Of a DNA stretch of 64,000 bases, positions 45,947 through 61,390 are shown in pieces (the first letter of the stretch is position 1; each line of letters starts with the position of its first letter). The translations under genes and the position numbers were made by a program. The DNA lies in assembly GCF_009914755.1 (NCBI RefSeq), contig NC_060932.1, one strand, 5' to 3'. Below the pieces are notes generated by a model. The model saw only the letters and a program-made list of their open reading frames with translations. It was not told where the DNA came from and made no database searches. Source of the DNA: the human T2T-CHM13v2.0 reference genome, Homo sapiens.

Positions 45947-46549
45947 ATTGTTGTTGTTGGCTTTTCTGCTAGCACATATTGACTCCACCTTCTAATATTT
46001 GAGAAAATTTCCAAGATTATAGATATATTTAATTTATTAATTGAACAATTCATTCATTTAGTAATACATCCAACAAACATTCATTAAGCCCTGATGACTC
46101 TCAATGCACAGGTCTCGGTCCAGCTCCCATTCCTACCACACTCCTACCCTGAGTGCAGGAACACTGATGAGAGATTCCTTCTTGGGACACCAGACTCTGT
46201 TTCCACCTGTACTCACTTGGAGCTGGCTGCTCATGTAATTCTGCCTTAATGCTGAGGTCCACTCAGTATGTTGCCATCTAGCAAAACAGGGATACCCTCT
46301 CCTCAGATATCCCAGTGGTTTCCTAGAGGCAGATGCTGCTGGGGGAGATTTATTATATAGTGTATAGATGAGTGAGAACAATCAACACCTTAGCACATAC
46401 AGCTGAGCAATGAAAATATGACAAAGCACAGAACATCTAATCAAAGAATCTGCGATTAGTAAGGAATTTGGAACTGGCTCTTCAAAGTGGTTCCCATATA
46501 AAATCTAGACTAGTGGAAACTGGGCAAACTGGAAGAACATAGCTCCAAC

Positions 46550-46815
46550 CCTTCTCTGACCACCACCCCATTACTCTGTCACATCCTGTTTCCTTAACTT
46601 CATACAGTTTATCATTCCCTGAAATCATCTTTTTAATTCTTTTCCTTGTTTGTTTCTTTTTGTCTGTCTTGCTCCATTCAGCATGCATGCTGTTTGAGTG
46701 TAGGGATTTTACTTGTCTTGTTTCTTGTTCTATCTCCAGCATTTAGAACTTTATTGGCTACTTTATTAGCTAATTAGTAATACTTGTGGAATTGAAGATT
46801 AGATGAATGAAGTGA
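46550..46815 (+). mobile_element. L2 3' remnant
   Basis: 'gtagggattttacttgtcttgtttcttgttctatctccagcatttagaac...atgaatgaa'. Confidence 0.6.
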
Positions 46816-47265
46816 GTAAAGGCTTCCTCTATTCTTCTAATTCATGTTAATGTCTATCATAATCTACTTTTTCCTTTACCTCCCAGTTGAATTATTGAAA
46901 TATTTAATGTAAAATAAATTGTTTAAAAATTACATCAGATTTCTCTGGAGGGATATGATAAATTCAAAGAAAAATATCTTTGTCACATGCAATTAGATTT
47001 AATTCATGAAGATGGGGCCAAACAATTGTCTAATCTAAAAAACTCCCACCAGTCTGTTTTAAACATCATTTAAAAAGAGAAGTATATGATGTGAGTAAAC
47101 ACCAACATTTCAGTTTTTACATGATAGCCCTACCTTCTTTCTTTTTTTCTTTAAGAAATCTTCCTAAGAATCCTTTCAGGCACTAGGCCATGGTCCACTT
47201 GTGAATTTGGCTAGCTGACCCCATAATCACAGCGGCAGTTTGCTGCCTCTTTCCACAAAAGATTT

Positions 47266-47575
<310 letters not shown>

Positions 47576-49379
47576 TGATTTGGTTGCAATTGTTTCAGAG
47601 AGAACAATCAGTTGTCTCTGAAAAAAAGTGAGAAAGTTGCAGATATCTTCACCAGTGAGAAAGAAGGACTTCTAGAAGCAATCTCAGCCGTCTTGAGACT
47701 CAGGCACCACTTGCAAAGCAATCACCAAGGACAGAGTCTTTGATCACCAGACACCTGTTCAATCTTTTTCCCCACAGTCTACATCAAGTCAGACACAAAG
47801 CCCATTATGAATGCAGTTTTGAGTTTGTCTGGATGAAGTGGCTAGTAATTAGTTCCTTTTACATTTGGTAATTTTGTTAACACAACTCAGTAGGTGTCTT
47901 GTTAATTTGTTCATTACTAGGTGGATGAAAATGTGCATCTCTTCTGTGAATACCAATTATTCCCAAATGAGGTAATTTCACCAAGACAGTGAAATTTCCT
48001 CATTCTTTCCTGGTGTAAGAATATCACTGCCAGGAATGAACAGTTCCAAACAAAGCAAGTTGTGGGAGGTGGAAAGGGTGTTCTTTCCTGAAAAGGGGGA
48101 GTCTATTTGATTATTTTGCAATCTGAAAATAAAGTGCATTTTCGGGGTGTACAAGAATTTAAGGGGAAGAGGCAGGACATGCTGGTGGTGGTGGTGGTGC
48201 TGCCTCAGGCTCAGGGGGCCCTGCGTCTCTAACTTCTCTTTGCAACAATTAAAGGGACATGTCACTGTGAGGATGTAAGAAGAATAAGTAGTCATTTCAT
48301 TGTTTCTAGGCAATTTGATCATACTCCAGGATTCTTGCCACCAGCAAAACAACGAAAGTAAGTTTTAAGATCTTCAACAAAGAGTTTTCAAATTCTACTT
48401 TTATTTTCTGCTCCAAAACATTTCTACTTTCAGAAGCAAAGCAGCTTTCTAAGTCTCATTCTTCAAATCATTGAATCTTTAGGGGGAAGGACCAACTAGT
48501 GTCCATGGTAATATTATATGCAAGGCCAAAGAGAAGGAGTAAGTCCACCTCTGGGGCAAAGGAAGTGGGAAGGAAAGGATTTGAGTTCCCTGAGAATGGA
48601 AACTGTTCTTCCTTGCATTTGTATTTCTGCACATAGCATGTGCTTAGAACACAGCAAATAAATCTGCAGATTCCCATCTCCTCCTAACAGATTGTATTGT
48701 ATCGGCCTTCTTCACACACGTATTCTTTGTGTTGAAGGCATAGAAAAACAAAATTGATTTCTGCCCCTTTAGTCAATGGAGTTGATTCACAATGCAAAAT
48801 GGAGAGCTGGGGCTGCCCTTCCAAAGGGCAGCAGGGTCCCAAGAGCCCCTCTGCCCTTCCACCTTCCATTTATTTCTAGCCAAGAAGGACAGGGAAACCT
48901 ATCAATGAGCTTTCAGGATGCCTTTGGGGTCACTAGAGAAATGGGGAAGATGTAAGTGGCCCGTGTCCCCAACAAAAGACCATGAAATCACCCGGGGAGT
49001 CCCAGACCTGCCTGCTGCTCTTCTCTGTTTTTCTTCCTTCTTAGCTGCTCCCAAACAACTTCCCCTAAGCCAACTATAGCAGCTTCTTTGTTCTCTCCCC
49101 TTTGGGCCAACCTCCATGTTGCTCTTTTGTTCTTGGGGGAGTTAAGGAAGTTATTGACTATCTCAACATTTTGTTCTTTGTCTCAAGCAGAAACTATTCC
49201 CAAAAGGGCTCTCATTTCCTTACTGTTAGACTTAGTTTTCATTACCTTCACGCAAATGAAAGTGTAAAGGGGGACCCAGACTATATATCCCATTCACTAT
49301 AGATCCCTAAGTGATTAACATATTTTCTAGTATACAGTTGTCTCACAATGAATATTGTTACTTATTAATAGTGAATAGT

Positions 49380-49935
49380 AGTAAAAACAATAATAGCTAA
49401 CAATTCTCAGATCATCAAAACACTGCCTATTTTATATTACAACACATAATCTGCATTTAACACTTAACCTTCATTTAAAATTCAATCCTCAAAAAAAAAA
49501 AAAACAGAAGAAATAGAAACTATTATTGATCCCATTTTAAGGACAAAGAAGTTGAGGCAGAGAGAAGTAATATGTCCAAGATTATATAGCTGTAAGTGGC
49601 AGTGCAGCGATTGTTTGCTTCCTCTACTATCATTAACTTTTAGAAAACAGAAACTGTGTCATAGTTATCTGCTATCTGCTATAACGTCTAGCCAAAATCT
49701 TGTATTCAAGCAGTATAGCACAGCTGTTAAGAACTCAGGAATTTGAGTGAGACTGTCTGCATTGAAATCCTAGCTCCATCACTTGCTGACTATGTGACAT
49801 TAACATCCCTAAGTGTCAATTTCCTCTTTTTAAAGTGGAAATAATCATAGCACAGTCTCTTATGATTGTGGGAGGTTCAAAGTTAGCACAGGACCTACTC
49901 TTCAGTAGGCGCTCAATAAATGCTATTCTATCATA
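49380..49935. mobile_element. Two MIR remnants (minus ~49380-49610, plus ~49710-49935)
   Basis: 'cccattttaaggacaaagaagttgaggcagagagaagtaa' and 'gaaatcctagctccatcacttgctgactatgtgac'. Confidence 0.65.
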
Positions 49936-52302
49936 TCTCAATGACCAACCTGTGCTCAGCACAATAGGAGTTCTGTAACCGCTTGTTGGGTGAATGAAAG
50001 ACTGAGCAAATGAATAAATAACAATGGAATGCCTGTATTCCATCATTTTCTTCCAGTCCCAAGCCACTAGCAAAGTTCCACTCACCAACTCTGGTGCTCA
50101 CACAGTATGGTTGTCAGCTCACAGATCCTGGTCGTCTGTTCACACCTTAAAAGCAGTACAGGGAACATTGAGCAGGAGGTGTCTTATTCCACAGGGCACT
50201 GCTAAAGCAGCACTGATACAATCTGCACTTTTTCAGCCTGAGATCTATGGGGAGACTCCTTGGCTTAAACACGGAATATGGACACAGGAGGGGAAAATGA
50301 GTCTCCAGATTGAACTCTTTACAATGTCATACACCACAGATGTAGGAAATCTGCTGATCCCAATGAAATGGGGACACCTGAGTTAAAGATGGCTCTGGGA
50401 GACATCAACTCAGTACGTTTTCCATGCTGGATGGGAGCCAAGCCCATGAGAAATTCTGCTGTCATTTCCTTTCACAGCCACTGGCTAACGAGTGTAAAAT
50501 CTAGTGAGCTGAAGAGACAGGCATGGTGGCAGAGATTTAACAGCAGGACTAAGTAGATGAGACAGAAATGTGCTTCAGGACTCAAGAGAGCTAAAATATG
50601 GAAGACAGAGAGCAGAGGCCAGTCCACACAGAGACTGGAGCACTTAGGAATTGCACTGCGTTCCAAGGAGAAGTAAGCAAATCAGGAGAATCCGACTGGG
50701 ATAGAAGCCATGTGGGGGCTGCTGGATCAATTTCTCTTGGGTCCCTTCTTACTTTAGCTTTCTGGAAGTCTGCAGCTGGGCCTGAATATAAACACCACTT
50801 CTTCAGAGGAGCACATGTAAAATGTAACAAATTAATACTAACACATTCATTCAATTTCCATTTATTGACACATAATTTTTCATTTTGACTTTTTTTATCC
50901 CCAAAAGGGTTGTTTCATCAGACACAGAAGAAGAGCATCAACAAAGGCGGATGTCTTTATGTTGCTTCTTGGTTGACGCAATAGCTCTGCCAAGACTCAA
51001 GACCACAGGAAGCTTTTACACAGATGGGTTCAGAGACAACGTGGTCCCACCACAGAAGTTAGTTCCCATCCTGCATGGCATCTGGTCCTAAAGGGTAGCA
51101 GGGGGTCTTTGCAGTAGGTGAGAAGACCTCTTTAGCAAAACCACCATGTCATACAGTCCTAAAAAATCATCTGTGCTTCCCAAAATTAGAACAAAACTTC
51201 AAGGGAACTTGAATTTCCTTACTGGGGACTTAAAGACCTCCAAAGAGGAAAGTCCAGACTTGGAAACAAGAACAACAAAGCCTACAAAGAATACATAAAG
51301 GCTTCAAGCAGATCAAATCCCTGGGGTTGCTTTCCATCAAACTTATATGCCATGATTATTAATGCCTAACCATATAATATCCTCATCAGGAAATTGTGTG
51401 TTAATTTCTCGAACTTTTGCAGACAAATAAATTTGTGCACAAACAAGATGACTGGGTTTGCCTCAGGCCCTACAATGAATCATTGCCAACCCAAGAATTA
51501 CAACTCTGAGCTCCTGACTTGCAGCTCTGAGCTCACACCTTCAGGATCGATCTCCTTAGATCCACCAGACAATGGCTTCAAAAGCTTTTATGGCAATTAG
51601 AGTAGGAACACTGTCTCCTATTAGGACACACCTACGCAGTTCTCCTTTTGGACCTGGGCACAGTTGCTGTCAGGGAGCAGGGAGTAGGAGACATGATTTA
51701 GTGCTTGGAGTCTTCCATGTCCAAGCAGAATTCTTCATGCCAAAAACCACACCTTATAAGGAGAAAAGTCTAGAGATGGGAAGTCTCTCCCTGGCATAGC
51801 TTGTGAGGAGGATAGGTGTGGGGGAGCAGAGAACCAGGCATCTCATCTGTTTGTTCTCGAACTTGCGGCCAACATTAACTGTGTTTAAATAATATTATGC
51901 TATAGCATTGTTCCCAACGCGATGACCTACAGTTCTTGAAAGAATGTCTTTTTCTTTCTTACAAATGTGCCCCATATGTTAAGACACACGTAAGGAGCTA
52001 AAAGCAACACTCTGAGTTTTCATCTCCAGGTGATGCCCTCTGCCAGGGAAGAGGTGGCAATGATATTCTTGGAGATTTCACTGTGATCCTGACCTGTTAG
52101 GTTCTGTAGGGGAAGGCAGAGATGATCACAAAGAACATTTCAATTTTAGTACATGCCTTTACATTGGTTAAAACAAGCAGCTATGGAAAATTCAGTTATA
52201 AAGGTAAGAGAACTATGTGAATCAAGATCCTATAGCTACTACTATGGAATCCTTTCTCAGCCAGCAGTGGGACTGGGAAGTGGCAGAGGGGCTGCTCCAG
52301 AG

Positions 52303-52645
52303 TTGTTGTTTTTTTGTTTTTTTCTGAGACAGGATCTTACTCTGTCACCCAGGCTGGCATGCCGTGGCGCCATCACCACTCATTTCAGCTTCAACCTCCT
52401 GGGTTCAGGTGGCCTTCCCACCTCTGCCTCCCAAGTACCGGGAACTACAGGCATGAGCCACCATGCCTGGATAATTTCTTTGTTTTTTTTGTTTTGTTTT
52501 GTTTTTTTGTTTTTGTTTGTTTGTTTTTTGTAGAGACAGGGTTTCACCATGTTGCCTACACTGGTCTTGAACTCCTGGACTCAAGCAGTCTGCCTTCCTC
52601 AGCCTCCCAAAGTGCTGAGACAGGTGTGAGCCACAGCATCCAGGC
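52303..52645 (-). mobile_element. AluJ with a microsatellite-expanded central linker
   Basis: Both Alu arms are present, and the linker 52473-52530 is expanded into (TTTG/TTTTG)n. Confidence 0.93.
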
Positions 52646-54627
52646 TCCAAAGGTTTAAAGGCTAGTCTGGAAAATGTAAATTATTGATGCCCTTCTCCAG
52701 GAGGGACACTTTGACTTGCCACTTCCTCTGCTTTGGCTTGTTGCCTATGCTTCCAAATCAAATGGCAATGGTATGTGTTATGTACCTACCCTTCTGGCAA
52801 GGGTTATGCTACATAAGTTTTAGAGGGCCACTTCCATGGTCCTTATCCAACCTCTTCAGGTCTGTAGGAAGACGGCAGGTGGAAAGCCAGTCGCTACTCC
52901 TGAAGAGAACACCTTAGAACTGGAGTTAGCCACAGTTATGATGCCCTGTTCTTAGAAAGGGCTCTTAACCTGTCTGAAGACAGGATGGGCTCTTGGTAGC
53001 AATATGGATTTGCAAAGCTTTCCCTTCTGTCTGTCCAGACAGCACTCTGATCTCTGATCATGTCAATTCATATGCCAGCTGGGCTTCAGAGAGGGAGGGA
53101 GATGTCATGCTATAGCACAAATAGTTTATTTTTTATATGAGAAGATCTAATGTCTCATCTTCACTTCATGCTATTTTTTTCTGAGACACCCCTAAAAAGC
53201 AACTCATCTTTATGACCATTTACTGCAACTTCCTAAAATCTTGCTTCTGGGATTTTTAAGTAGAACAACCAAGTTGAAGAGTTCTATTTCAAAAGGTTTT
53301 CAAGTACTTATATAAGCTGAGATGGAAAGGTTTGATTTGATAGTCACTGGGAATAATTTGGGGGAAGAAATACATGACTCAACTCAGGATATGCCCCAGG
53401 ACTGCATCACTCTTTGAGCTTTCTGCAACAGATGGATGCCTTTCTGCTCTGAGGCCTCAGAACCATCCAACAAGGCCTCGACAATAATAGCCAGGCAAAA
53501 CTTTATCAAAGGGAGAAACAAAAAGGCCTGACAGATGATGCTGCCAGCATTGCAGCAGCCCAGGTTACCTTTGTTCTAATGCCATTCTGTCAGGTTTAAC
53601 AAGCAGATATTAAGAGAAGTTTATAGAGAATAGAGATGAAAGGTTGTCGGTAGAGATGAGAGCTGCCAGTGGGCACCGAGATTCACAGCTGGGTGTAGAC
53701 TCTGCCGCAACTGGCTGAGAGAAAAAGAGGTTTGATATGGGAGCAGCTGCTTCCAACCCCTGCTAGAAGCAAGTCTTAATCATCTGGCACCCAAGAGTCT
53801 GGAGCTCCACCTGGAGAGAGACACAGCAAATGGGAGGATGCTGGGTGTGAACCTCATCATTAGATTAGAAACAACTGATGTATTTGCAGAAATTGGTTCC
53901 TTGACTGGTCCTGACCTGGTATGACATCTCACATCCGGAATGTTTTCACTGAAGCATTCAACGACAATGGAAGCAAGAAACAAGGAAGAGGTTCAAAAGG
54001 GAGATTAGTGATTTTACTTAATGGATTGAGGGTATGCTTGAGAAAGAAGGGACACTGGAGAATGAAAAAGAAAGGGGCAGTATAGAATGCAGTGACTATG
54101 TCCTGGCATGTAGGGCAAGCTGATGAAGCTCTCTTCAATCAATTTTCAATCGTACTAAATTCTTTCTGAGTCCACATTCCTTTCAATCGAGTGCTTTTTG
54201 AAATGAGGATGAGTCAAGATGCCTCAGAAGGGCTGTGTGTCATCAAAACACCAAAGGTTAAATTTCAACCTCTAACTTGCCTATTCATTTGTTCCCTCTG
54301 TCTGCTAAGTTCCATTTCTGCAAATTAAAATCAAAAAGCAATTATTATGTTATTTGTAAAAACAAAAACAAAACACAACTCCAGTTTAAAAAAAAAAATC
54401 ACCTCATCTTCTAAATGTGTATCTGTCTCTGTTTTAGCCATGCATCTTTTCCAATGAAGGCTGTTAAGGCCTTCCTTTTTTTTTTTTTTTTTTTTTCTGA
54501 AAAGGAACAGAATTATAAATTGCAGCCATTCCATCCAAAATCATTAGAAGACCCTTACACATATCTGCCAGCAGTGACGCAATTAAATTGCATTGAGTAA
54601 GCTCCTTCTAAGTTGAATCACACATAT

Positions 54628-54845
54628 ATTTTCTTCGATGAAAGTGAAATTCATATAACTTAAAATCAACCATTTTAAAGTAAACAATTCAGTGGCACTT
54701 ATTAAATAAATTTACATTTAATAAATGAATTATCTAGTTCCAAAAGGTTTTTAATCATCCCCAAAAGAAACCTCGTACCCATTAAGCAGTTACTCCCAGC
54801 CCCTCCTCTGCTACACCCCCATGCCACGCCCAGCCCCTGGCGCCA
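54628..54845 (-). mobile_element. L1MB-type 3' end fragment
   Basis: 'aaaatcaaccattttaaagtaaacaattcagtggca...ccccaaaagaaacctcgtacccattaagcagttactccc'. Confidence 0.8.
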
Positions 54846-57800
54846 TTGTATTTTAGAACAGTGTTTGTTCACACATTCTTTGTTGTGGTGAAGTATTGCT
54901 ATTTCCTTTAGAAGACCCCCCAGTCATGTTGAGTTAGAGGTTTTCTCAAGGTCTGACCACAGTTAAGATCTCGGTCTAGAAACAAATGCTCCCAAGGATG
55001 AGGTCTCTACCACTTTAGGATTGCATTACATTGTTCAAAGCCACCGCAGCCATGAGCCAAGCTTTCTACAGCCCTTCAAGACAATTGTCGTCATTCCTTT
55101 GTGTAGCTAGTGGGTTTTTCTTGGAAGCTAAATGATAAACCTAAAGTTCATTTCATTGAGACCTGTTTGAGATTTCCATTTTACAAGTAAAGAACACAGG
55201 TGACCTCTCCGAGTTAAATGCTCTTCCAGCCAACAGATTTAAATCTGCGGACAGATTTAATATCACAAACTTTGAGTTTCCAGCCCACGCCTCCTAGGCT
55301 GCTCTGGGACTTCATACACACGCACACTGACTTCCATTATAATCCCCCTATTTTTAGTTACACATAACTTTTAAAGAAGTTTCTCTTGGAAAGTTTGAGG
55401 ATTTTCAGCAGTTATTTTTGTGATTCCTACCAAGCAAGACCTAGCTTTTTCCACCTCAGAAATGCCAGGTTTTTTTTTTCTTTTTACGTCTGACTCAAGC
55501 AGCTGAATTGTAACATGTCCTAATTCCTTCTCATGTGGTTCTTCTTCATTCAAGACGAGCAGTTTTATTGAATCCAAAAGAAAAAAAAAAATCTCATTTA
55601 AAAATAATTTCCTCCCATGTACAGAAAAAAAAATTGTCTAATAAGGTTCATTTACATTGTTACCTGAGGCCACAGAGAGTTGTGCAAAGCACATTTCATA
55701 ATTCCTCCAGGCTGTTAGTACGTGTATTTTCCCTATAAGTAGAGAGGAGAGAAGTTTCAAAGAGATCAGGATGCCAAAAGAAAAAAAAAAACTATAAAAA
55801 TGTTCATACTGATGCAATAGGGAGTTTTTCTCTGCCCTCTGTATTTGGATTTCTATTTTTAAAACTAGATTAAAAAAAAACTGCGGCTGCAAACATCATG
55901 AAGTATAATGGTACCGATAAGGCTTAATGTACACTGAAATAGCCTAGGTATGTGGATTCAATGAGGATGTTTAGTTCTGAATTCTCTCCTTTTCTGTTTC
56001 TACGTAGACATTATTGATTTCACTCTTGAAAAGGGATTTCAAAGAATATTCTCTCCAGTGATGAAGAGAGCGTCTCTGATGCTATGGTTAAGTGAAGGTT
56101 CAATCATTTGTCAATTATTTTTAGCACTTACTCTATTCTTTCTTTTGATTCTCAAAAACACTTTTGAAATGTAGAGAAGTTATACCTAGTCTATTCCAAA
56201 CTAGAAAACACCCTCAACAATTCAATAATCACAAAAAGGGATTATTCCTTCAGTTTATTGATTGATTGAATCAAGACCATATTGAAGACCTGGTAGATTT
56301 ATGGAACTGTAAGACTGGTTATTTCACTTGTATAAAGGGGAGTATATTAAAAGCTCAACACTGAAACATCTGTGCCTACATATACATATATGAGGACTGA
56401 TGTTTCTTTAACAGAGCCACTGCATGTACCATAGCTCTGACCTGAACTCTTATACATGTGTCTCAGTGACCAATCTACTCACTAACCTATCATTCGCTTG
56501 TTGGTAGACCTGTACTAAATTTGTATACCAAAGGAAATATTCTTGTTAGCATTAATGAGAAAGAAGAGACAAATGCAGTGCAGGGAGACCTATTGAGTAT
56601 GAAGTCGAGTATTAAATCTCTTTGCAATGTATAGTTCACGAACTGCAATGCCTACATTAACTCACATGATTCACATAGTAATCCTAGGGAGGTCACAGGT
56701 AAGCATTATTATTTTCAGTCTTTCTCAATGACTGCTCCTAGTCCTCCCAACCTTATTCACAGAGCTGGTGGTACTTGAACCCAAAACCGAATGTCAATAT
56801 TTACGTTCTTAACCTACATCCTTACCCTCCACATTTAAAATAAAGTATCAAGTCCCTCCTTCCATTCATGCCATAAACATGTATTAAGAAGCCATAAGTA
56901 TTCTTATCATTGTGCTAGGAAATGTGATTCCAAGAAAGGCAAGAAAGACACAATCCCTTAACTCAATGCTAAGGAGTCAAGTGCACAAAAACCCAGAAAA
57001 GAGCATCATAGTTACCACAAAAGAAGCCCAAAATGCAGTGGTGATTCAGAGAAGGAAAAACAACAACTATTCATAGAAGATCTTGGGGGAAACTGAATTT
57101 TAGCTGGATCTTCAGGGCAAGGAAATATCAGAGGAGAAAGGCACCGTAATAGAAAAGTCTAGAGAAAAATCAAGGTCAGTGTAGGATGCATTTCAGCTGG
57201 TGGAAGCATTCTCTGCCATGAGTGTCTTGCTCACTGTCAAGCTCTAGCTCCTCTTTCTAACAGTCTTATTTCTCCTGAAGCAGAGCAAGGTCATATTGTC
57301 TCAAAATCAACCTTCTGAAGTTCCTGTGCCTTTTAAAAATTAGTGTGTTTCTCACAAAACTGACTGTTCACAGTTGGAGCTTTGGTGTTTTCTTGGCCTA
57401 TTTAACAAATGTGTGTGTGTGTGTTTGTGTGTATAAAGTAGGGATTCCAGGCACATTCATGTTGTTAACTGATAGTAAACACATTAAATGTGCCAGATAC
57501 ATACGGAGACTTGGCAGGGCAAAGACAGAGACAAGATTATGTTTTCTCCATGTGAGGCAGAATAGGGACAATACTGCCTGTCTATTCTACAAACAGTTTT
57601 GGCAGTGGATGAGCCACCTTTAAGAATGTATACCATGGGATGAGAGTAAATTTATAACTAGGAAACTGCAGAGTGGTGTGGTGGCCGCCATATTGAAGCA
57701 TTACTGACACACCTGCTTTAATATGCCAGGTACTGATCCTGGGATATAAGGGAGAGCAGATCTGGGAGCCTTTATGCAGATCCTTGAGTTGGAAGTGTGA

Positions 57801-59254
57801 CTTGAAAGTGAGGTAGATTTCCAAAACCTGGTAGGTCTTGCAGCATGAGGAAAGAAGCACACAGAGACACACATAGACCCAAGCGAACATTTCCAAGTCC
57901 TCAGTGGAAGTGAAGATCAGTCCCAAGAAGAGGATATAGGTGGCCCCAAAAATACAGCTACAAAGTTTGGTTTGTCTTTGCTGTTGTTCATTCAATCATT
58001 CTTTTTTTCTTTTTTCATCCTTTCTTTCTTCTTACTTTTCTTCCTTATTTTCTTTTTTTGGATATCATTTTTGTTCACAAAGATAGCCATGTAAAGTCAC
58101 TGAAAATGAAGTGGGTTTTTTTTTTTCAAATAAAAATTCAATTGCAAATACAAAGCATATATTTTAACTTAAAGAATTTTTTGGGAACTTTCTGTCTTCC
58201 ACCTTGCCACCAAAAAGCAAGCTTTTTTTGCACAGCATGTTTTTTCAGGATACAGTTTGATAACATTTCATTAAAATACAGAAAACTGTTTCCAATTAAC
58301 CTGAAAATCAACATCTCATTGTTATCAAGGTGAGCTAAGGACATAGAACTTATACCAGCCAACAGGCCAGTTTTCCTGCTAAAGCAGGGAACTGACTTGA
58401 GAGGTACAAAACATAGGGTTTTCACTGCAAGTTTTCAGATTGAAGACTAACCATTGCTGGCTGCTCCTCCTCCACACCCACTATGAAGTAGAGCACGTAA
58501 ATTCACATGGGCTGAGTCCCAGGAAAATCATAACAGAAGAGTCATTTAGCAAGAAGGTAGTCAGTGTTCATGACCCCAGTGCCTCAATTACCACATCCAG
58601 AGAGAGAAAGAGCAAGGAAGAATGTTATAGGATCATTCAATCATTCACCACATTCTGTGTGGTGATAGCCCAGGATGAAGAATATTGACATTGGAGAGTC
58701 CCTGAGCCAACATGAAATTTGACTAGAAATAGCTGAAATTATTATTTTGATAAACAGCATTTCTAAATGTTATAATTGGAAAGGAATGAGCTATTTTAGA
58801 TTCTGTTTGGATGTGTACCCCAATTATGGTCATCATGTTTAATATGATGGTAAGGGGTGGAGAGGCACCCAAATCTTTGAAAAGTGTTTTTTAAAAATAG
58901 GAAACATATGATTTTCTTGACTCATCTCTATTTTTAAACCCCAAAGTACACATTACCCATTTGCTGCAAAGATGAATCACTGTGGACATTTCATTTTCAA
59001 TGAAATTTCATATATCTGAAGACCAGGATCGGTTCATCAGCAGAGATAGCAGGGTGGTCACAGCAAAATAATTATCCCCAAGTATTCATTGTAATGTGCT
59101 CTGGTGAAACTAAATCTACTCATAAAACTTAAAGGAGGTTACCAAGAGTCTTTGGGAAAGAGAGATGAAAAAAAAGCAACAGGGAAAAAAATAAATGAAA
59201 AGGGAAAATAAGCAGTCTAGTCATCATCAAGGGCATTGAGAACATACTCACTAC

Positions 59255-59600
59255 TCAGTATGGCTTTGTTGCCAGAAAGAGCTGGATTCAAACTCTGGCC
59301 CTGGGACCTAATAGATGTGTGACCTTCGGCAAATAACTTCCTCTCACTGAGCTTCAGTTTCCCCACCTGTTACATGGGGCTATTATATTAGCATATAGAT
59401 TTCATGAGGGTTGTGTGAGACCACATTAGAACATAAGCCCATATCTTTCAACCCATAAAACACACAGCCCCATGGGATAGATGATATTATTACCCCCATT
59501 TCATAGGTGAGGAAACTGAGGCACTGAGAGATTGAGTTACCCAAGACCACACTAAGCAGAGAAGCCAGGATTTGAACACAGTCTCTTGAGTGCCATATAG
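59255..59600. mobile_element. Two MIRs in opposite orientations
   Basis: 'ctgagcttcagtttccccacctgt' (plus) and 'cccatttcataggtgaggaaactgaggcactgagag' (minus). Confidence 0.75.
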
Positions 59601-59870
59601 TAGTAGACACTTGATAAATATTTATGGAATGAATTGATGAAATGACACATGCAAAGCACTTACAAATATTCAGTCACAAGGTTGGCACACAGCAAATATT
59701 AGTTGCCTTTCCTTTTTCCTTTTGCCTTCACATTTGGGAGAACAGAAGGTATACAACAAAACATAGTTTCTGCCTCAGATATATGCCATCTTCTTGAGGA
59801 AATATGAATAATTATGACAATTAGAAAATTATATGAATGTGTATTTAAAACTAAATTGTTTGACATAGGC

Positions 59871-60394
<524 letters not shown>

Positions 60395-61159
60395 GCCTAG
60401 GCTATAAGAACTACAGTAGTTCTAAGGTGAGAGAGAAGAGTCAGAGATGACTTTGCTAATACGGCAAGATTTTTTAGGGTAATACATTTAAATAGATGTA
60501 AATTGGCATGCTGGAGGAGGAAGTAAAGCCTTCATCACCACTCAGCAGTGTTTCTATGCACCAGAAAATATCTGTACATAATACATCCCCATATACATAA
60601 AAACCAGGGTCAGTGGATTAATCTGAGCATTAGTAATACATCAGAAAAGTTTGACCTATGTTCACACTTAGGAAACCAGTGTTCAAGACCCATAATTATT
60701 GACATCACAACGAATGGGCAACACTTCTGTAAACCCAATTAATAAGAAGATATTTCCTTTGCTGTTCTTTTATTCACAAGTTTGAGAAGAGGCTCAGCTG
60801 GGAACATTGCAGATACTCATACATGTTTCTTCTCCACCCGCCATCCAGGATTGCTTAGCAAGGGCCCCAGATGGGCTCTAAGATTCAGGTATCCCAGATC
60901 ACGTGTAATGGGTAGATAAGACTGATCACAGCATCTTCCCTTGCCATTAATCTCTTTGTGTATGTTCATGAAGATCTTCTTCAAAGAGAACATGTCCTAA
61001 AGGAGGCAGACCCAACCATCTTGGTCCAGAAACAAAGCCTCAGTCGTTGAAGGCAATGGTGAATGCTAACATCCACAGTATCTTGCTACCAAATCCAGCC
61101 AAACCAAATCCTATGAACTCACACCATCTTAGGAAGGGGATATCAAATACAGTACAACC

Positions 61160-61390
61160 TTGAGGGTCACGTACCTGGATTCATATTCCAGTTTTACCAC
61201 TTATTAGGTTATTAGCCCTGTAAACTTGGACAAGTTACTTACCCTTTCTGATACTTCATCTGTGAAATAGGGTTAATAATACATAATAATACCATGTAGT
61301 GTCATTTGAATTAAATGAATTAATTGATATAAAGCACTAATTCACAGTGCTTGACACATAATAAGTACCCAGTAAAGCCCAGCTAATTAT
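61160..61390 (+). mobile_element. MIR remnant
   Basis: 'cttggacaagttacttacccttctgat...catctgtgaaatagggttaataatac'. Confidence 0.7.

Noticed and set aside
47978-48352. 124-aa minus-strand ORF with a His run
   Set aside because: The His run comes from a short (GGT)n repeat, the start is non-ATG, and there is no recognisable domain.
50000-52200. Repeat-poor stretch with several overlapping 60-120 aa ORFs as a possible processed pseudogene
   Set aside because: No recognisable protein similarity, poly(A) tail or TSD.
55234-55247. 14-bp perfect palindrome cagatttaaatctg (also ttagtgcactaa near 37762)
   Set aside because: About one palindrome of this size is expected by chance in AT-rich DNA of this length, and there is no supporting context.
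57582-57995. 137-aa minus-strand ORF
   Set aside because: No recognisable homology or splice context, and this length is reachable by chance in 64 kb.
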